Shown here: positions 1-10,102 of the stretch, piece by piece
Layout: each line of letters begins with the position of its first letter
Numbering within the stretch: position 1 is the stretch's first letter
Assembly: GCA_018238545.1 (NCBI GenBank)
Contig: JABCTC010000028.1
Location: 1 to 45,333 of the forward strand
DNA: 45,333 nucleotides
Source: Candidatus Heimdallarchaeota archaeon
GTDB lineage: Archaea; Asgardarchaeota; Heimdallarchaeia; Heimdallarchaeales; Heimdallarchaeaceae
Direction: 5' to 3'
Made by a program: the position numbers and the translations under genes
The notes under the pieces: generated by a model
Databases searched by the model: none
What the model saw: the letters and a program-made list of their open reading frames with translations, nothing else
What the model was told of the DNA's origin: nothing

Positions 1-2012
1 TATCTATTGAACCAATCAATTATTTTTTCTAATCTGTCTTGCACATGTTTGGGTTTTCCTGATCTGCTCAACTCGTGTCCTTCTTCAGGGTAACGTATTA
101 GTTCTGCTTCAATTCCTAGTTTTAGAAGAGAGGCAAAATACTCTTCTCCCTGAGATATTGGAACTCTAAAATCATTTTCAGAATGAATAATTCTAGTAGG
201 TGTCTGAACTTTATCGATGTAAGCTATCGGGGATAATTTCCACATCATATCTAGGTCTTCCCATGGAAATGCACCAGACTCGTCTTTGGTAAATTGTGTG
301 ATATCTGTTGTGCTCCAAAAACTAACAAGGTTGTAAACCCCTCTTTGCGGAGCAGCTGCTTTGAATCGCTTATCATTGCCAATTATCCAAGCTGTCATAT
401 ATCCTCCATACGAACCGCCTGTAATAAACAGATTATTTTCATCAACATATCCTTTTGCAACAGCTTGATCCAACCCCATAAGGATGTCATTTGCAGGTTT
501 TGTTCCCCAATTAGCGATAATATAGCGGAAGTCATAACCCCTACCACTAGAACCTTGTGGATTACAGTAGAATATCACGTATCCTTGAGCAGCAAAATAC
601 TGAAACTCAAACCACATCGATCTTTCATGTGGTGACCAGGTAGCATGTGGCCCTCCATGAATTTCAAGAATCAAAGGATGTTTTTTATTAGCATCAAAAT
701 TAGGAGATTTAATTATCCATCCTTGAATTTCTTGTTGACTATCACCAGTGTATCTTGTTTCTTCAGCAATTGCAATAGTTCGTTCTTTTAACCAATCCTT
801 ATTTGATTCCCAGAGAGTTTTAGTTACTTTGTAAACGTAATCATAAGCAATTAACTTGGAAGGTTCTTTGACATTTGAGATGTTAAGAAGAATTAGTCCC
901 TGTTCTGCATCAACATCATAAGAAAGTATAAGATAATCTCCAAATACCACTTTTTCTAATGTTTCTCTTTCAATGCTATAACGGTAGAGAATATTTCTTT
1001 CCCAATCATCTACAACGAAATACAAATAATCTGTTTTCGAATCAAATAAAGCTGAAAAAGCATGGTTATCTACTGATTCTGTCACTATTTTTTCTAACCC
1101 AGATTCTGTATTTAATAGTTTAATTTCAGCATTCTGAGTTGATGCTTCATCTGTGGTTAATATTGTATCATATGCAAGCCACAACCCATTTGGTGAGATT
1201 GTTAAATTTGTTCCAAAACCAAGATCAGATTTCAGTTCTTTGATTTCCTTTGTTTCGATAGATATTTCTTCTATAATAAATTCATATAAATCATTTAACG
1301 GTCCATCTTCTTTTTGTTTCGCAGAATATAATTTCGTTCCATCCTTGCTTAGGACTGCTGAGATATAGTTAAATTCACCTTTAGTAATTCTGTTAGATTC
1401 TCTAGTTTCTAAATCTAAAATGTAAAAATGGCTAATTTTATCATCCATAAAAGATGTACCTTGTCGATAAACTATTTTCTGGATTACTCGAGGGTCAACT
1501 TTTTCCTTTTCAGCTTCTTCTTGTTTCAGTTTTTTGACTTTCTGATCAACTTCAGATAATTCTTGAGGTTTATCTTTTTCTTCCAAAGCTTGATCTTCAT
1601 CACTTTGCTCTTCAAGATTAACCCTGCTTGAAAAAATTACTTTTTTTCCATCTAAAGACCAATTAAATGAATGTACTCCGTTAGGCATCGAGGTGTACTT
1701 GATGGATTCCCCACCAATTATAGGCATTATATGTAATTGTGGTTTTTCCTTTTCACCTCCTCTTTGACTAAGGAAAGCTATGGATTCTTTGTTCGGAGAA
1801 AGTTTCATAGACTGATCTTGCGATGAACCACTTGTAAACTGCTTAGGTTCGGTATCTTCATCGCCTTGTAGAAAAATAGCTGAATTATACTTATTTTCTT
1901 TTTTATTGAGTTTTTGTTCTTCAAATAGGTATCTTTTTCCTGGAAGGATTTGAACTTTCTTTATATCTTTAAGCAAGTACAAATCTTCTATTGAAATGTC
2001 TTTTAATTTCAT
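1..2012 (-). CDS. S9 family prolyl oligopeptidase / acylaminoacyl peptidase (3' end runs just off the window; absent from the ORF track)
   Basis: Manual translation of segments of the minus strand: starts at ATG 2012 (MKLKDISIEDLYLLK...), beta-propeller-type N-terminus (LSPNKESIAF, FNWSLDGKK), HGGPH near 650, nucleophile GGSYGG near 401-420, C-terminal RYPEEGHELSRSGKPKH...IIDWFNR at the window edge in the same frame. Confidence 0.93.
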   Translation of the reverse strand, partial: MKLKDISIEDLYLLKDIKKVQILPGKRYLFEEQKLNKKENKYNSAIFLQGDEDTEPKQFTSGSSQDQSMKLSPNKESIAFLSQRGGEKEKPQLHIMPIIGGESIKYTSMPNGVHSFNWSLDGKKVIFSSRVNLEEQSDEDQALEEKDKPQELSEVDQKVKKLKQEEAEKEKVDPRVIQKIVYRQGTSFMDDKISHFYILDLETRESNRITKGEFNYISAVLSKDGTKLYSAKQKEDGPLNDLYEFIIEEISIETKEIKELKSDLGFGTNLTISPNGLWLAYDTILTTDEASTQNAEIKLLNTESGLEKIVTESVDNHAFSALFDSKTDYLYFVVDDWERNILYRYSIERETLEKVVFGDYLILSYDVDAEQGLILLNISNVKEPSKLIAYDYVYKVTKTLWESNKDWLKERTIAIAEETRYTGDSQQEIQGWIIKSPNFDANKKHPLILEIHGGPHATWSPHERSMWFEFQYFAAQGYVIFYCNPQGSSGRGYDFRYIIANWGTKPANDILMGLDQAVAKGYVDENNLFITGGSYGGYMTAWIIGNDKRFKAAAPQRGVYNLVSFWSTTDITQFTKDESGAFPWEDLDMMWKLSPIAYIDKVQTPTRIIHSENDFRVPISQGEEYFASLLKLGIEAELIRYPEEGHELSRSGKPKHVQDRLEKIIDWFNR

Positions 2013-2163
2013 CTATATCATCACAAATATTATTGTTGAAAGATATCTGTTCTCTATTAATATCTTTTGCAAAAACTAGATAGTAACTAGAATTTACTTG
2101 TTGATTCAGATTCTTTCGTGAAAATTTAAATAGTGAGTTTTCCTTTTTCATTAACAGTGACTT

Positions 2164-4539
2164 ATGACCTTCATAGATAAATATCATAAATTTCTCGAGA
2201 AATATAAAATTGTAATAATAGTCATCTGGTGTGTTATTTTAGGGATCAGTGTTTGGTTAGGTCCAAAGTTTCTAGGCGCAACATCTTCAAGTTTTGAACC
2301 TCCAAATGGTTCTCCCAGTCAATTAGCTGAAGAGGTCCTAGAGGCTGAATTTCCCGAATTTGCCAATGAAACAAGTTTAGTTATACTAATCAGAATGAAA
2401 GACGAAAATATATCTGTAATTAATACTGAAGTTGAAGCTTTCTGTCAAAATGTTACGGATATCACAAACGAGTATTCTGATCAAACGATCATAATTTCCG
2501 TTTTAAATTACTACATTTTGAATGATCTAGGTTTCATTACAGCTGCAGGAAGCTTTGTAGCAGATTCAGGAAAATCCATGTTATTTGTTATAGATTTAAA
2601 GGATGAAGAAGACAACAACACAGTTAATGATTTTATATATTATCTAAGGGACAACATTGCTTCTATGGTAAATGAAGACAGTGAATTTGATGCGTTCTTG
2701 ACAGGGTTTAGGGTAATGTATATAGATATGAATGAAGTCACCAAAGAAGATTTAGCATTGATGGATATGATTGTAATTCCGATTGCAATGCTTGTTTTGG
2801 CTTTTGTTCTTAGAAGTTTGAAATTAATGATTTTACCAATTCTCTCAATGGGAATAAGTATACTAGCATCTTTCTTGATAATGTATCCTATTGCTTTGAC
2901 AACGAATATTTTCTCTTTTGTTCCTTCTATCATGATGAGTCTTGTCATTGCTTTATCGATTGATTATTCGCTTTTCCTGCTTACAAGGTATAGAGAAGAA
3001 ATCCTAAAGCACAATGACAATTCAGAAGCAACAAAACAGATGAGTCAACACGCAGGTCACACAATAATGTTGAGTGGGTTAACATTAGCGATAACTTTTC
3101 TTGGGTTGATATTTTTCCCACTAGAACTTCTTTCAACAATAGGTCTTGGAGCTGCAATTTGTATTGCTACTACTCTTATTGTTAACCTCACACTCACTCC
3201 TGCATTACTTCTAACCTTTGGAAAATTCTTTAGTAAGTTGAAATGGTACAGAAAGAGTAAAGGAATAAAAGAAGGAGAATTTGAAGATTATAAGAAACTG
3301 GATTTGGCTAATCAAGCTAGAAGTATCTGGTATAAAATAAGCAAATTTTCTACTAAATACGCACTAGTCGTTATTTTAGTCATAGTAGTCATAACAATCC
3401 CCATTTCAATCCAGGTTTTCAAGTTTCAAAGGTCGATTGATTTCAATCAGATTCTTCCTAGAGGGGTTGATTCGCGTGAAGCTTACATTGCAATGCAAGA
3501 AGATTTTGCTCCAGGACAAGTCATGCCTTTCTATATCATCATTCAAACAAATGAAACAAATGGTTTGAATACACCATCTTTCTTCTATACCGCAAAAGAT
3601 CTAATTCACGATTTAGCTAATGAAACGGCTGTGTATAATGAGAGTTTCATATCAATTGTTAGAATCGATGAAAACGAACTACCGTTCTTTAGTAGTATGC
3701 AAGACTTGTTAGATCCTTTAAATACTGGAGAATTCGCGGTTATTTATCGAACAATCTATAATAAATATACAAATGAGGAAAACTCAACCACCTTAATGGA
3801 AGTACAGACACCTTTTGATCCATGGGGAGATGATGCAGAAAGTTGGATAAAACAAACTAGAGTGATATTAGAGCGATACGAGGAACAAACTGGTTATAAG
3901 TTATATCTAGCAGGAGGATCAACGGTAATGGTTGATGCAATAGATAAGGTTTATGAGTTATTCCCATTAATGATTTCAATTACATTAATTGTTGTCTATA
4001 TTCTGATTGGGATAATGTTCAAATCAGTTTTCATACCTTTGAGATTGATATTTACTATAGGAATTACCTTATCTTTCATATACGGATTAGGAGTGTTAGT
4101 TTTCGAAACCTCATTTTTGAATAATGTATTTTCTCCATTAATGGATGTACATGCGTTTTATTGGTTAGTACCAATAATGGCTTTTTCTATTCTGATAGGA
4201 CTTGGGCTTGATTATGACATATTCTTACTATCTAGAATATCAGAATACAGAGACAAGGGCTATACAGACAAAGCATCCATTCACAAGGGATTGTACAAAA
4301 CCGGTAACATCATTTCATTTGCTGGAATAATCATGGCTATTGCATTTTCAGGTCTGCTCCTATCAAAAGAGATGGTTCTTAACCAATTTGGATTTATGCT
4401 TTGTATTGCAGTTTTAGTTGACACTTTTATTGTGAGAACTATCCTTGTACCCGCCATAATGTCAGTTGCTGAAAAGTGGAATTGGTGGCCATCTAAGAAA
4501 CCTGAACCTACTAAAGATGAAAACCATGTGGAGGAATGA
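2164..4539 (+). CDS. MMPL family (RND superfamily) transporter
   Basis: Two repeats of TM + extracytoplasmic domain + 5 TM; SIDYSLFLLTRYREE and GLGLDYDIFLLSRISE motifs; C-terminal DTFIVRTILVPA...WNWWP. Confidence 0.93.
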   Translation: MTFIDKYHKFLEKYKIVIIVIWCVILGISVWLGPKFLGATSSSFEPPNGSPSQLAEEVLEAEFPEFANETSLVILIRMKDENISVINTEVEAFCQNVTDITNEYSDQTIIISVLNYYILNDLGFITAAGSFVADSGKSMLFVIDLKDEEDNNTVNDFIYYLRDNIASMVNEDSEFDAFLTGFRVMYIDMNEVTKEDLALMDMIVIPIAMLVLAFVLRSLKLMILPILSMGISILASFLIMYPIALTTNIFSFVPSIMMSLVIALSIDYSLFLLTRYREEILKHNDNSEATKQMSQHAGHTIMLSGLTLAITFLGLIFFPLELLSTIGLGAAICIATTLIVNLTLTPALLLTFGKFFSKLKWYRKSKGIKEGEFEDYKKLDLANQARSIWYKISKFSTKYALVVILVIVVITIPISIQVFKFQRSIDFNQILPRGVDSREAYIAMQEDFAPGQVMPFYIIIQTNETNGLNTPSFFYTAKDLIHDLANETAVYNESFISIVRIDENELPFFSSMQDLLDPLNTGEFAVIYRTIYNKYTNEENSTTLMEVQTPFDPWGDDAESWIKQTRVILERYEEQTGYKLYLAGGSTVMVDAIDKVYELFPLMISITLIVVYILIGIMFKSVFIPLRLIFTIGITLSFIYGLGVLVFETSFLNNVFSPLMDVHAFYWLVPIMAFSILIGLGLDYDIFLLSRISEYRDKGYTDKASIHKGLYKTGNIISFAGIIMAIAFSGLLLSKEMVLNQFGFMLCIAVLVDTFIVRTILVPAIMSVAEKWNWWPSKKPEPTKDENHVEE

Positions 4540-4604
4540 TTTGAAAATTAATACAGAGAGAAAGAACTAAGTTTTTTAACAAGTTTAGCTTATTCTAAGT
4601 TTGT

Positions 4605-5501
4605 ATGAATGACATGTTTCTGAAGAATCTTCCTCTTTCTTCAAAGAAGGCAGTTAATTTCTCTAATTTTCCTTGGTTAGAATTAGACTATGTTACGGTA
4701 GAAGAAGGGATAATTCTTCGAGTTTTCAAAATTGAAAGTAAAAAACCTGATTCAAAGATTAATATCGTTACTGTTGCAGGTCTTTGTTCCAATTTTTTAG
4801 GGTGGATTGATATTGATAATGAACTTTCAAATATTGGACACGTTTATCATATAGAAACCAGAGAAAAGAGCTCTGCGAAACATGATAAAAAGAAAGTAAG
4901 TTATTCAATGGAAAGATATGCGACAGACATAAGTAAAGTAGTTGAGCACTACAAACTGAACGAAGAAGGTTTCTATTTATTTGGTGATTCCTTTGGATCA
5001 GAAGTTGCAGTTAAATATCTAAATGGTGGTCATCATCCTCCAAAAGGTTTAATTCTTATCAGCCCTGAAGCCAGTTTTTCATTTTCAGGTTGGATGAAAA
5101 TTCTTTTTAGAATACTCCCTTACTGGTTATATTACCTTTTCAAACCATTTTTAAAATTCGTTTTAAAGCATCTTAGAACTGATATGAAAAATGATCCAGG
5201 GTCATATTACCTAAACAAAAGAAATATTGTAACAAGTAACCCAAAAAGGATGAAGAAGTGTGCAATGAATCTATTTTACTATAAATCAGATGCTGATTAT
5301 AATATTATTCAATCTCCAACATATATCATTGCAGCTTCTACAGATAAAATGCATACTTTTGAAAAGAGCATTGAGGTTGCTAAGAGAATTCCAAATACAA
5401 TGTTTGAGGACGTAATTCATTATCAAGAGACACATAGTAGAGAAACAGCTGAAAAAATCTCTAAATTCATTCTCGAAGTAGAGAAGGAAATTCAATTATA
5501 G
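4605..5501 (+). CDS. Alpha/beta-fold hydrolase (esterase/lipase-like)
   Basis: GDSFG nucleophile elbow; candidate Asp (STDKMH) and His (ETHS) near the C-terminus; 298 aa. Confidence 0.8.
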   Translation: MNDMFLKNLPLSSKKAVNFSNFPWLELDYVTVEEGIILRVFKIESKKPDSKINIVTVAGLCSNFLGWIDIDNELSNIGHVYHIETREKSSAKHDKKKVSYSMERYATDISKVVEHYKLNEEGFYLFGDSFGSEVAVKYLNGGHHPPKGLILISPEASFSFSGWMKILFRILPYWLYYLFKPFLKFVLKHLRTDMKNDPGSYYLNKRNIVTSNPKRMKKCAMNLFYYKSDADYNIIQSPTYIIAASTDKMHTFEKSIEVAKRIPNTMFEDVIHYQETHSRETAEKISKFILEVEKEIQL

Positions 5502-5523
5502 TAAAAAAATGAAGATAGTGGTA

Positions 5524-7389
5524 TTAGAAATACACCACTCCGAGAGCTTTCCAGAAGAATGGTAGCACAAAGGAAATTAGTAGTAATCCGAAAATGTCAA
5601 CTACCGAACCTATTTTTGCCATTTCTCTAACAGTATATTTGCCAGTGCTATATGCAATCATCGTGGGCGGAGTGCCCTGGGGTAACATGAAGTCCACACT
5701 TGATCCAATAGCTGCAACAACTGCTAGAAGAACAGGATCTATACCGAAAAGTAGACCTAATGGTATAACTAATGGTACAAGTATTGCAGCTGAACCCGTG
5801 TTTGAAGCTATGAAAGTTAGAAGTATACCAAGTATTGCGATCATAGCTATGAATAGGATGTTATGCGAAATATTCAGGTTCTCGAGAGAAAATGCTATCA
5901 TATCTCCAGCTCCTGCTTCCGTTAATACTACACCTAAAACTAAACCTCCACCGAAAATCAATATGGCATTCCAATTGAGATCATTTATATCTCTTCCTTC
6001 TAATATTTTTGAACCACCAAATACTGCAGGAATAAACAACATAAATGCTGCAAAAAGAGCAACAATAGAAGAAGAGAAAGTTGGGAACAGATACTTCTTA
6101 ATCGTACCTTCTAAGAACCATAGAATTAAAGCTAGGAAGAAGGCTACTAGAACATAAATCTGTTTTTTATTTAGATGACCCATATTATCCAATTCTTTCT
6201 TAACAGCTGATTTTGCGTTGGAAATACTTTCTTTTGGCACTTCGGGTTTCATTATGAACCAAAGATATAACCAGATTAAAGGTAACATCAACAAAACTAT
6301 TGGTAAACCAAAAATAAACCATTCAATAAATGTAATATGAACATCAGCATATTGAGCAAGCAAAGCAATAGCTATTGGGTTAGCCGGCGTACCAATTGCT
6401 GATCCAATTCCCCCCAGAGATGCACTATAGGCAATACCTAAAATAAGTGCTTTGCCATATCGATCAATTTTTTCTTCTTCGATCTCCTTATTCACTTTTA
6501 GTTTGTCTGTAACAGCCACTGCTATAGGAATCATCGTTGCAGCTGTAGCAGTATTACTCATGAACATTGAAAAAACAGCTGTAACAACCATCATTAACAG
6601 CATCAAGATTTTGGGGTTGTTAGGACTAATTCTTACAATATTAAGAGAGATCCATTTATCTACTCCAGTCTTGTTCATTGCTTTCGAAATTACAAAACCA
6701 CCAAGAAATAGAAAGATGACAGGTTCAGCGAATGGAGCAAGCAAACCTTTAGCACTTAAACTAAGAAATATCACACCAAAAATTGGTATCATTATGCTTG
6801 TTGCAACCAAAGGAATAGCTTCCATTACCCAAAGAATACCAACAAGAAACAACAAGGTAAGAACTATATTTGTTTTATATGGCAATCTGACAGTAAACAT
6901 CACCCATTCTTGATTTATGTGATCCTCTTTTATAGAAGACGCTGGTAAGGTAAAATCTAATCCTTCAATATTTTCATCTGTTTCTGTACATCTTATATCT
7001 ATACTAAAGTTACCAATAATTGGTGTTTGAGAGACAGTTGTATTTGTTCCATCTGTAATTGAGACGCGAAAAGTGAGCTCTTTATCATATCCTATTTCTA
7101 TTACAGGAGAATATGCTAACCATAATGTGAAATTATCTCCTAAATTGTAAGTTTCTATTATTTCTGGATAAGTTGTACTATTAGTAATTAGAAAAGTGAA
7201 GTTAACTTCAGCTGCATATACATAAGTAACATTACTATCATCAGTATAATCATATCTTGCGTGTAAAGTTGCTTCATGATTGCTAATATCAACTGTTCCA
7301 CGAGCAAAAATCATTGTAAGTGTAATAGCCACAACTATCATAGCAAGTGTTACACCCAGTTTAATGGCTTCTTGTTTTGTTACTTTCAT
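5524..7389 (-). CDS. DASS/SLC13 Na+-coupled dicarboxylate/sulfate symporter with an extra N-terminal TM and ectodomain
   Basis: WVMEAIPL, FLFLGGF, both SNT motifs (FMSNTATA, IASNTGSA), GTPAN and GTPPT; about 170 aa N-terminal extension. Confidence 0.92.
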   Translation of the reverse strand: MKVTKQEAIKLGVTLAMIVVAITLTMIFARGTVDISNHEATLHARYDYTDDSNVTYVYAAEVNFTFLITNSTTYPEIIETYNLGDNFTLWLAYSPVIEIGYDKELTFRVSITDGTNTTVSQTPIIGNFSIDIRCTETDENIEGLDFTLPASSIKEDHINQEWVMFTVRLPYKTNIVLTLLFLVGILWVMEAIPLVATSIMIPIFGVIFLSLSAKGLLAPFAEPVIFLFLGGFVISKAMNKTGVDKWISLNIVRISPNNPKILMLLMMVVTAVFSMFMSNTATAATMIPIAVAVTDKLKVNKEIEEEKIDRYGKALILGIAYSASLGGIGSAIGTPANPIAIALLAQYADVHITFIEWFIFGLPIVLLMLPLIWLYLWFIMKPEVPKESISNAKSAVKKELDNMGHLNKKQIYVLVAFFLALILWFLEGTIKKYLFPTFSSSIVALFAAFMLFIPAVFGGSKILEGRDINDLNWNAILIFGGGLVLGVVLTEAGAGDMIAFSLENLNISHNILFIAMIAILGILLTFIASNTGSAAILVPLVIPLGLLFGIDPVLLAVVAAIGSSVDFMLPQGTPPTMIAYSTGKYTVREMAKIGSVVDIFGLLLISFVLPFFWKALGVVYF

Positions 7390-7402
7390 TTTTAACCCTT
7401 TT

Positions 7403-8293
7403 TTAATAAAATTCCTCAGTGATAATTTTGATTTGTTCTTCTGTTAGATCAAGAGAAGCTTGAGCAGGGATAATACCTTGATTTAAAGCAAAATCTCTTT
7501 CTTCATAAGTCGTCTTGTTCTCAATTTGATAGAAGATTCCGATAGGTATTTTGTCTTTTATGAAAATTTGACTTCCTAAATCCATAGCTCCAGAGAAGTT
7601 TTCAGTATCGTGCCCAGTATCTTCTACTTTGTAAACCTTCTGTCTGAAATAATTAAATGTTTGATTCTTGTTGAAAGTTATACAAGGGCTAAGCACATCG
7701 ACATAAGCAAAACCTCTATGATCAATAGCTTCTTTGATTATCCATTTTAGATGTTTTAGATCACCAGAAAAACCTCTTGCAACAAAAGTAGCTCCTGCAG
7801 AAAGAGCAACAGATATTGGATTCAGAGGATTTTCAATCGATCCTCTAGGAGTTGTTTTTGTTATTGTTCCAACTGGGGTAGTTGCACTTGCTTGCCCTGT
7901 CGTTAGACCATATACATAGTTGTTTGAAACTATAGTAATAATGTCCACATTTCTCCTACAAGCGTGTAAGAAGTGGTTACCACCTATACCATATATGTCC
8001 CCATCTCCACCATATACTATAACAGTAAGCTTTGGATTAGCTAAACGAATACCAGTTGCTACAGGTATCCCTCTACCATGAAGTGTTTGTAATCCATATA
8101 CTTTCAGAAAGTTTGGCATATGAGAAGAACAGCCAATACCGCTCACTAGCACCACCTCTTCTTGAGGTATCTCCAAATCAATCAGTGCTTGACGAATAGC
8201 TCTCCATTGGGAGAAGTTGCCACAACCTGGACACCATGTTGGACGAAATGAACTTTCGAAATCTTTCAGAGATAAACTATATTCTTCACTCAT
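7403..8293 (-). CDS. korB: 2-oxoacid:ferredoxin oxidoreductase beta subunit (TPP-binding)
   Basis: WCPGCG, SGIGCS, LHGR, GGDGD...NN TPP motif, YGLTTGQ, SPCITFN. Confidence 0.95.
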   Translation of the reverse strand: MSEEYSLSLKDFESSFRPTWCPGCGNFSQWRAIRQALIDLEIPQEEVVLVSGIGCSSHMPNFLKVYGLQTLHGRGIPVATGIRLANPKLTVIVYGGDGDIYGIGGNHFLHACRRNVDIITIVSNNYVYGLTTGQASATTPVGTITKTTPRGSIENPLNPISVALSAGATFVARGFSGDLKHLKWIIKEAIDHRGFAYVDVLSPCITFNKNQTFNYFRQKVYKVEDTGHDTENFSGAMDLGSQIFIKDKIPIGIFYQIENKTTYEERDFALNQGIIPAQASLDLTEEQIKIITEEFY

Positions 8294-10034
8294 TTTTCAT
8301 TACCTCTTTAACTTTCATTACAATTTGTGACGTGACTAATGGTTCTCCATCCCATCGTAGTAACTTTTGTTCGATAAAAACACCAGTTTTCATTCGAATA
8401 AAATCTCTTAACTGTCCAGTGAAGTTTTGTTCAATTATCATTGTTCTTTTTGCATTGGTTAATATCTTCTCAACTTCATCAACATGAAAAGGTGTTAGAT
8501 ATTTTAAGTGTAAGTGACTTGCTTGAATTCCTTCTTCTTCAAGATGAAGAATAGCTTCTTTCACTATATTGATTGTTGATCCCCAGGAAACAAGAGTAAT
8601 TTCAGCATCTTTAGGTCCAACAAGTTTGGGAGGGTCTAATTCCTTAACAAGACAATCCAATTTTCTCATTCTTTTCTTTACCATTTCAACTCTAATGGGT
8701 AAAGTATCTGGCAATCCAGCTAATGTCGAAGCGATGGAAGTACCAGTTTCTGTTCTCTCGCTTGAACCAGTAAAGAACATCCCATTTTTTGTTCCCGGGA
8801 TTGTTCTTTTGGAAATACCTGTTTCTGTTATCTCGTATCGACGATAATTTTCATCAGGATTTTCTAGGATATTGAAACGCATATTGTTACGTTCCATATT
8901 CAATTTTCTAACAGTAGCATTCATTTCAGATAAATACAAATCAAGTAAAACAATAACAACCACCTGGTATTTCTCAGCTATTTCCACGGCTTCTACTCCC
9001 ACATTGAATGCATCCTCTACAGTGCTTGGAGCAATTATAACTTTGGGAAATTCGCCTTGACTTGCCCCATACACTTGAAATAAATCAGCTTGTTCAGTTT
9101 TTGTTGCCATTCCTGTAGAAGGTCCAGCTCTTTGTGAGTTTATCACTACTAGTGGTATTTCTTCAATACCTGCCATTCCAACTAGTTCTGTCATTAAGGA
9201 GAAACCTCCACCAGACGTCCCTGTAGCTGCCCTTGCACCACAATATGAAGCACCTATAGCCATCCCTATAGCAGCTATTTCATCTTCAGTCTGTTTAACA
9301 ATCATCCCAAGCTTTGGAAGATGTTTTGTCAAATAATGAACAATGCTAGTTGCAGGGGTCATTGGATAACCTGAGTAGAATTTTAATCCAGCAGAAAGCA
9401 TGCCGAGTGCTATGGCTTCATTTCCAGAAATAATCATTTGCCTTGCTTTGCCATATTTATGTTTCTCCCACATAGGCAACCAACTTTTTTCTTCAGCAAA
9501 TTTTATTCCTTTTTCTAAAGCATCATAGTTTGTAAATATGACTTCTTCGCCCTTTTTACCAAATTGTTCGAGTATAACTTCCTTAATTAATCCAACATCT
9601 AAGCCGAGGAGATGACTGATTGCACCAAAACCAACAATGTTTTTTAAAACTTTCAGTTTTGATATTTTCTTAGTTATTGCAGCTAAAGGAATGCCTAATT
9701 TAACAATATTTTTTGGATAATCAAACTCATCTAGGTCAATAAATTCATCATCATAAATCACCATTGCATTTGGATTTACGAGAGGTTGGTGAAGTTTTGC
9801 AACATGTTTGTTAAGGAGAACTATAATATCTGCATCTTCACCGACTGTGAGAACTTCACTTTGACTAAAACGGATTTGATAGGAATTATATCCACCTCTA
9901 ATAACTGACTGATAACTTCGAAAACCTAACACATTATAATTATGCATTTTGAGAATCTTCCCAAAAAGCAGTCCTAGAGATACTAGACCATCTCCAGCGC
10001 TACCAACAAAACGCACAGCAATATCTTTTTTCAT
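8286..10034 (-). CDS. korA: 2-oxoacid:ferredoxin oxidoreductase alpha subunit (fused gamma-alpha)
   Basis: GSAGDG and YQSVIRGG in the gamma domain; GNEAIA, YPMTPAT, EDEIAA, TSGGG, QRAGPSTG; ATG 10034 chosen because of GGAG 8 nt upstream; overlaps korB by 8 nt. Substrate specificity cannot be determined. Confidence 0.95.
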   Translation of the reverse strand: MKKDIAVRFVGSAGDGLVSLGLLFGKILKMHNYNVLGFRSYQSVIRGGYNSYQIRFSQSEVLTVGEDADIIVLLNKHVAKLHQPLVNPNAMVIYDDEFIDLDEFDYPKNIVKLGIPLAAITKKISKLKVLKNIVGFGAISHLLGLDVGLIKEVILEQFGKKGEEVIFTNYDALEKGIKFAEEKSWLPMWEKHKYGKARQMIISGNEAIALGMLSAGLKFYSGYPMTPATSIVHYLTKHLPKLGMIVKQTEDEIAAIGMAIGASYCGARAATGTSGGGFSLMTELVGMAGIEEIPLVVINSQRAGPSTGMATKTEQADLFQVYGASQGEFPKVIIAPSTVEDAFNVGVEAVEIAEKYQVVVIVLLDLYLSEMNATVRKLNMERNNMRFNILENPDENYRRYEITETGISKRTIPGTKNGMFFTGSSERTETGTSIASTLAGLPDTLPIRVEMVKKRMRKLDCLVKELDPPKLVGPKDAEITLVSWGSTINIVKEAILHLEEEGIQASHLHLKYLTPFHVDEVEKILTNAKRTMIIEQNFTGQLRDFIRMKTGVFIEQKLLRWDGEPLVTSQIVMKVKEVMKNE

Positions 10035-10102
10035 GTAAACAACTCCGGCTTTAGACACTATTTAGCAATACTCTAATGGTGTTTATAAAATGTTTCCAAT
10101 GA

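Noticed and set aside
294-2187. ORF-track entries 294-635, 1153-1368 and 1969-2187
   Set aside because: Antisense or off-frame shadows of the real minus-strand S9 peptidase gene (1-2012), which the track missed because its stop lies outside the window
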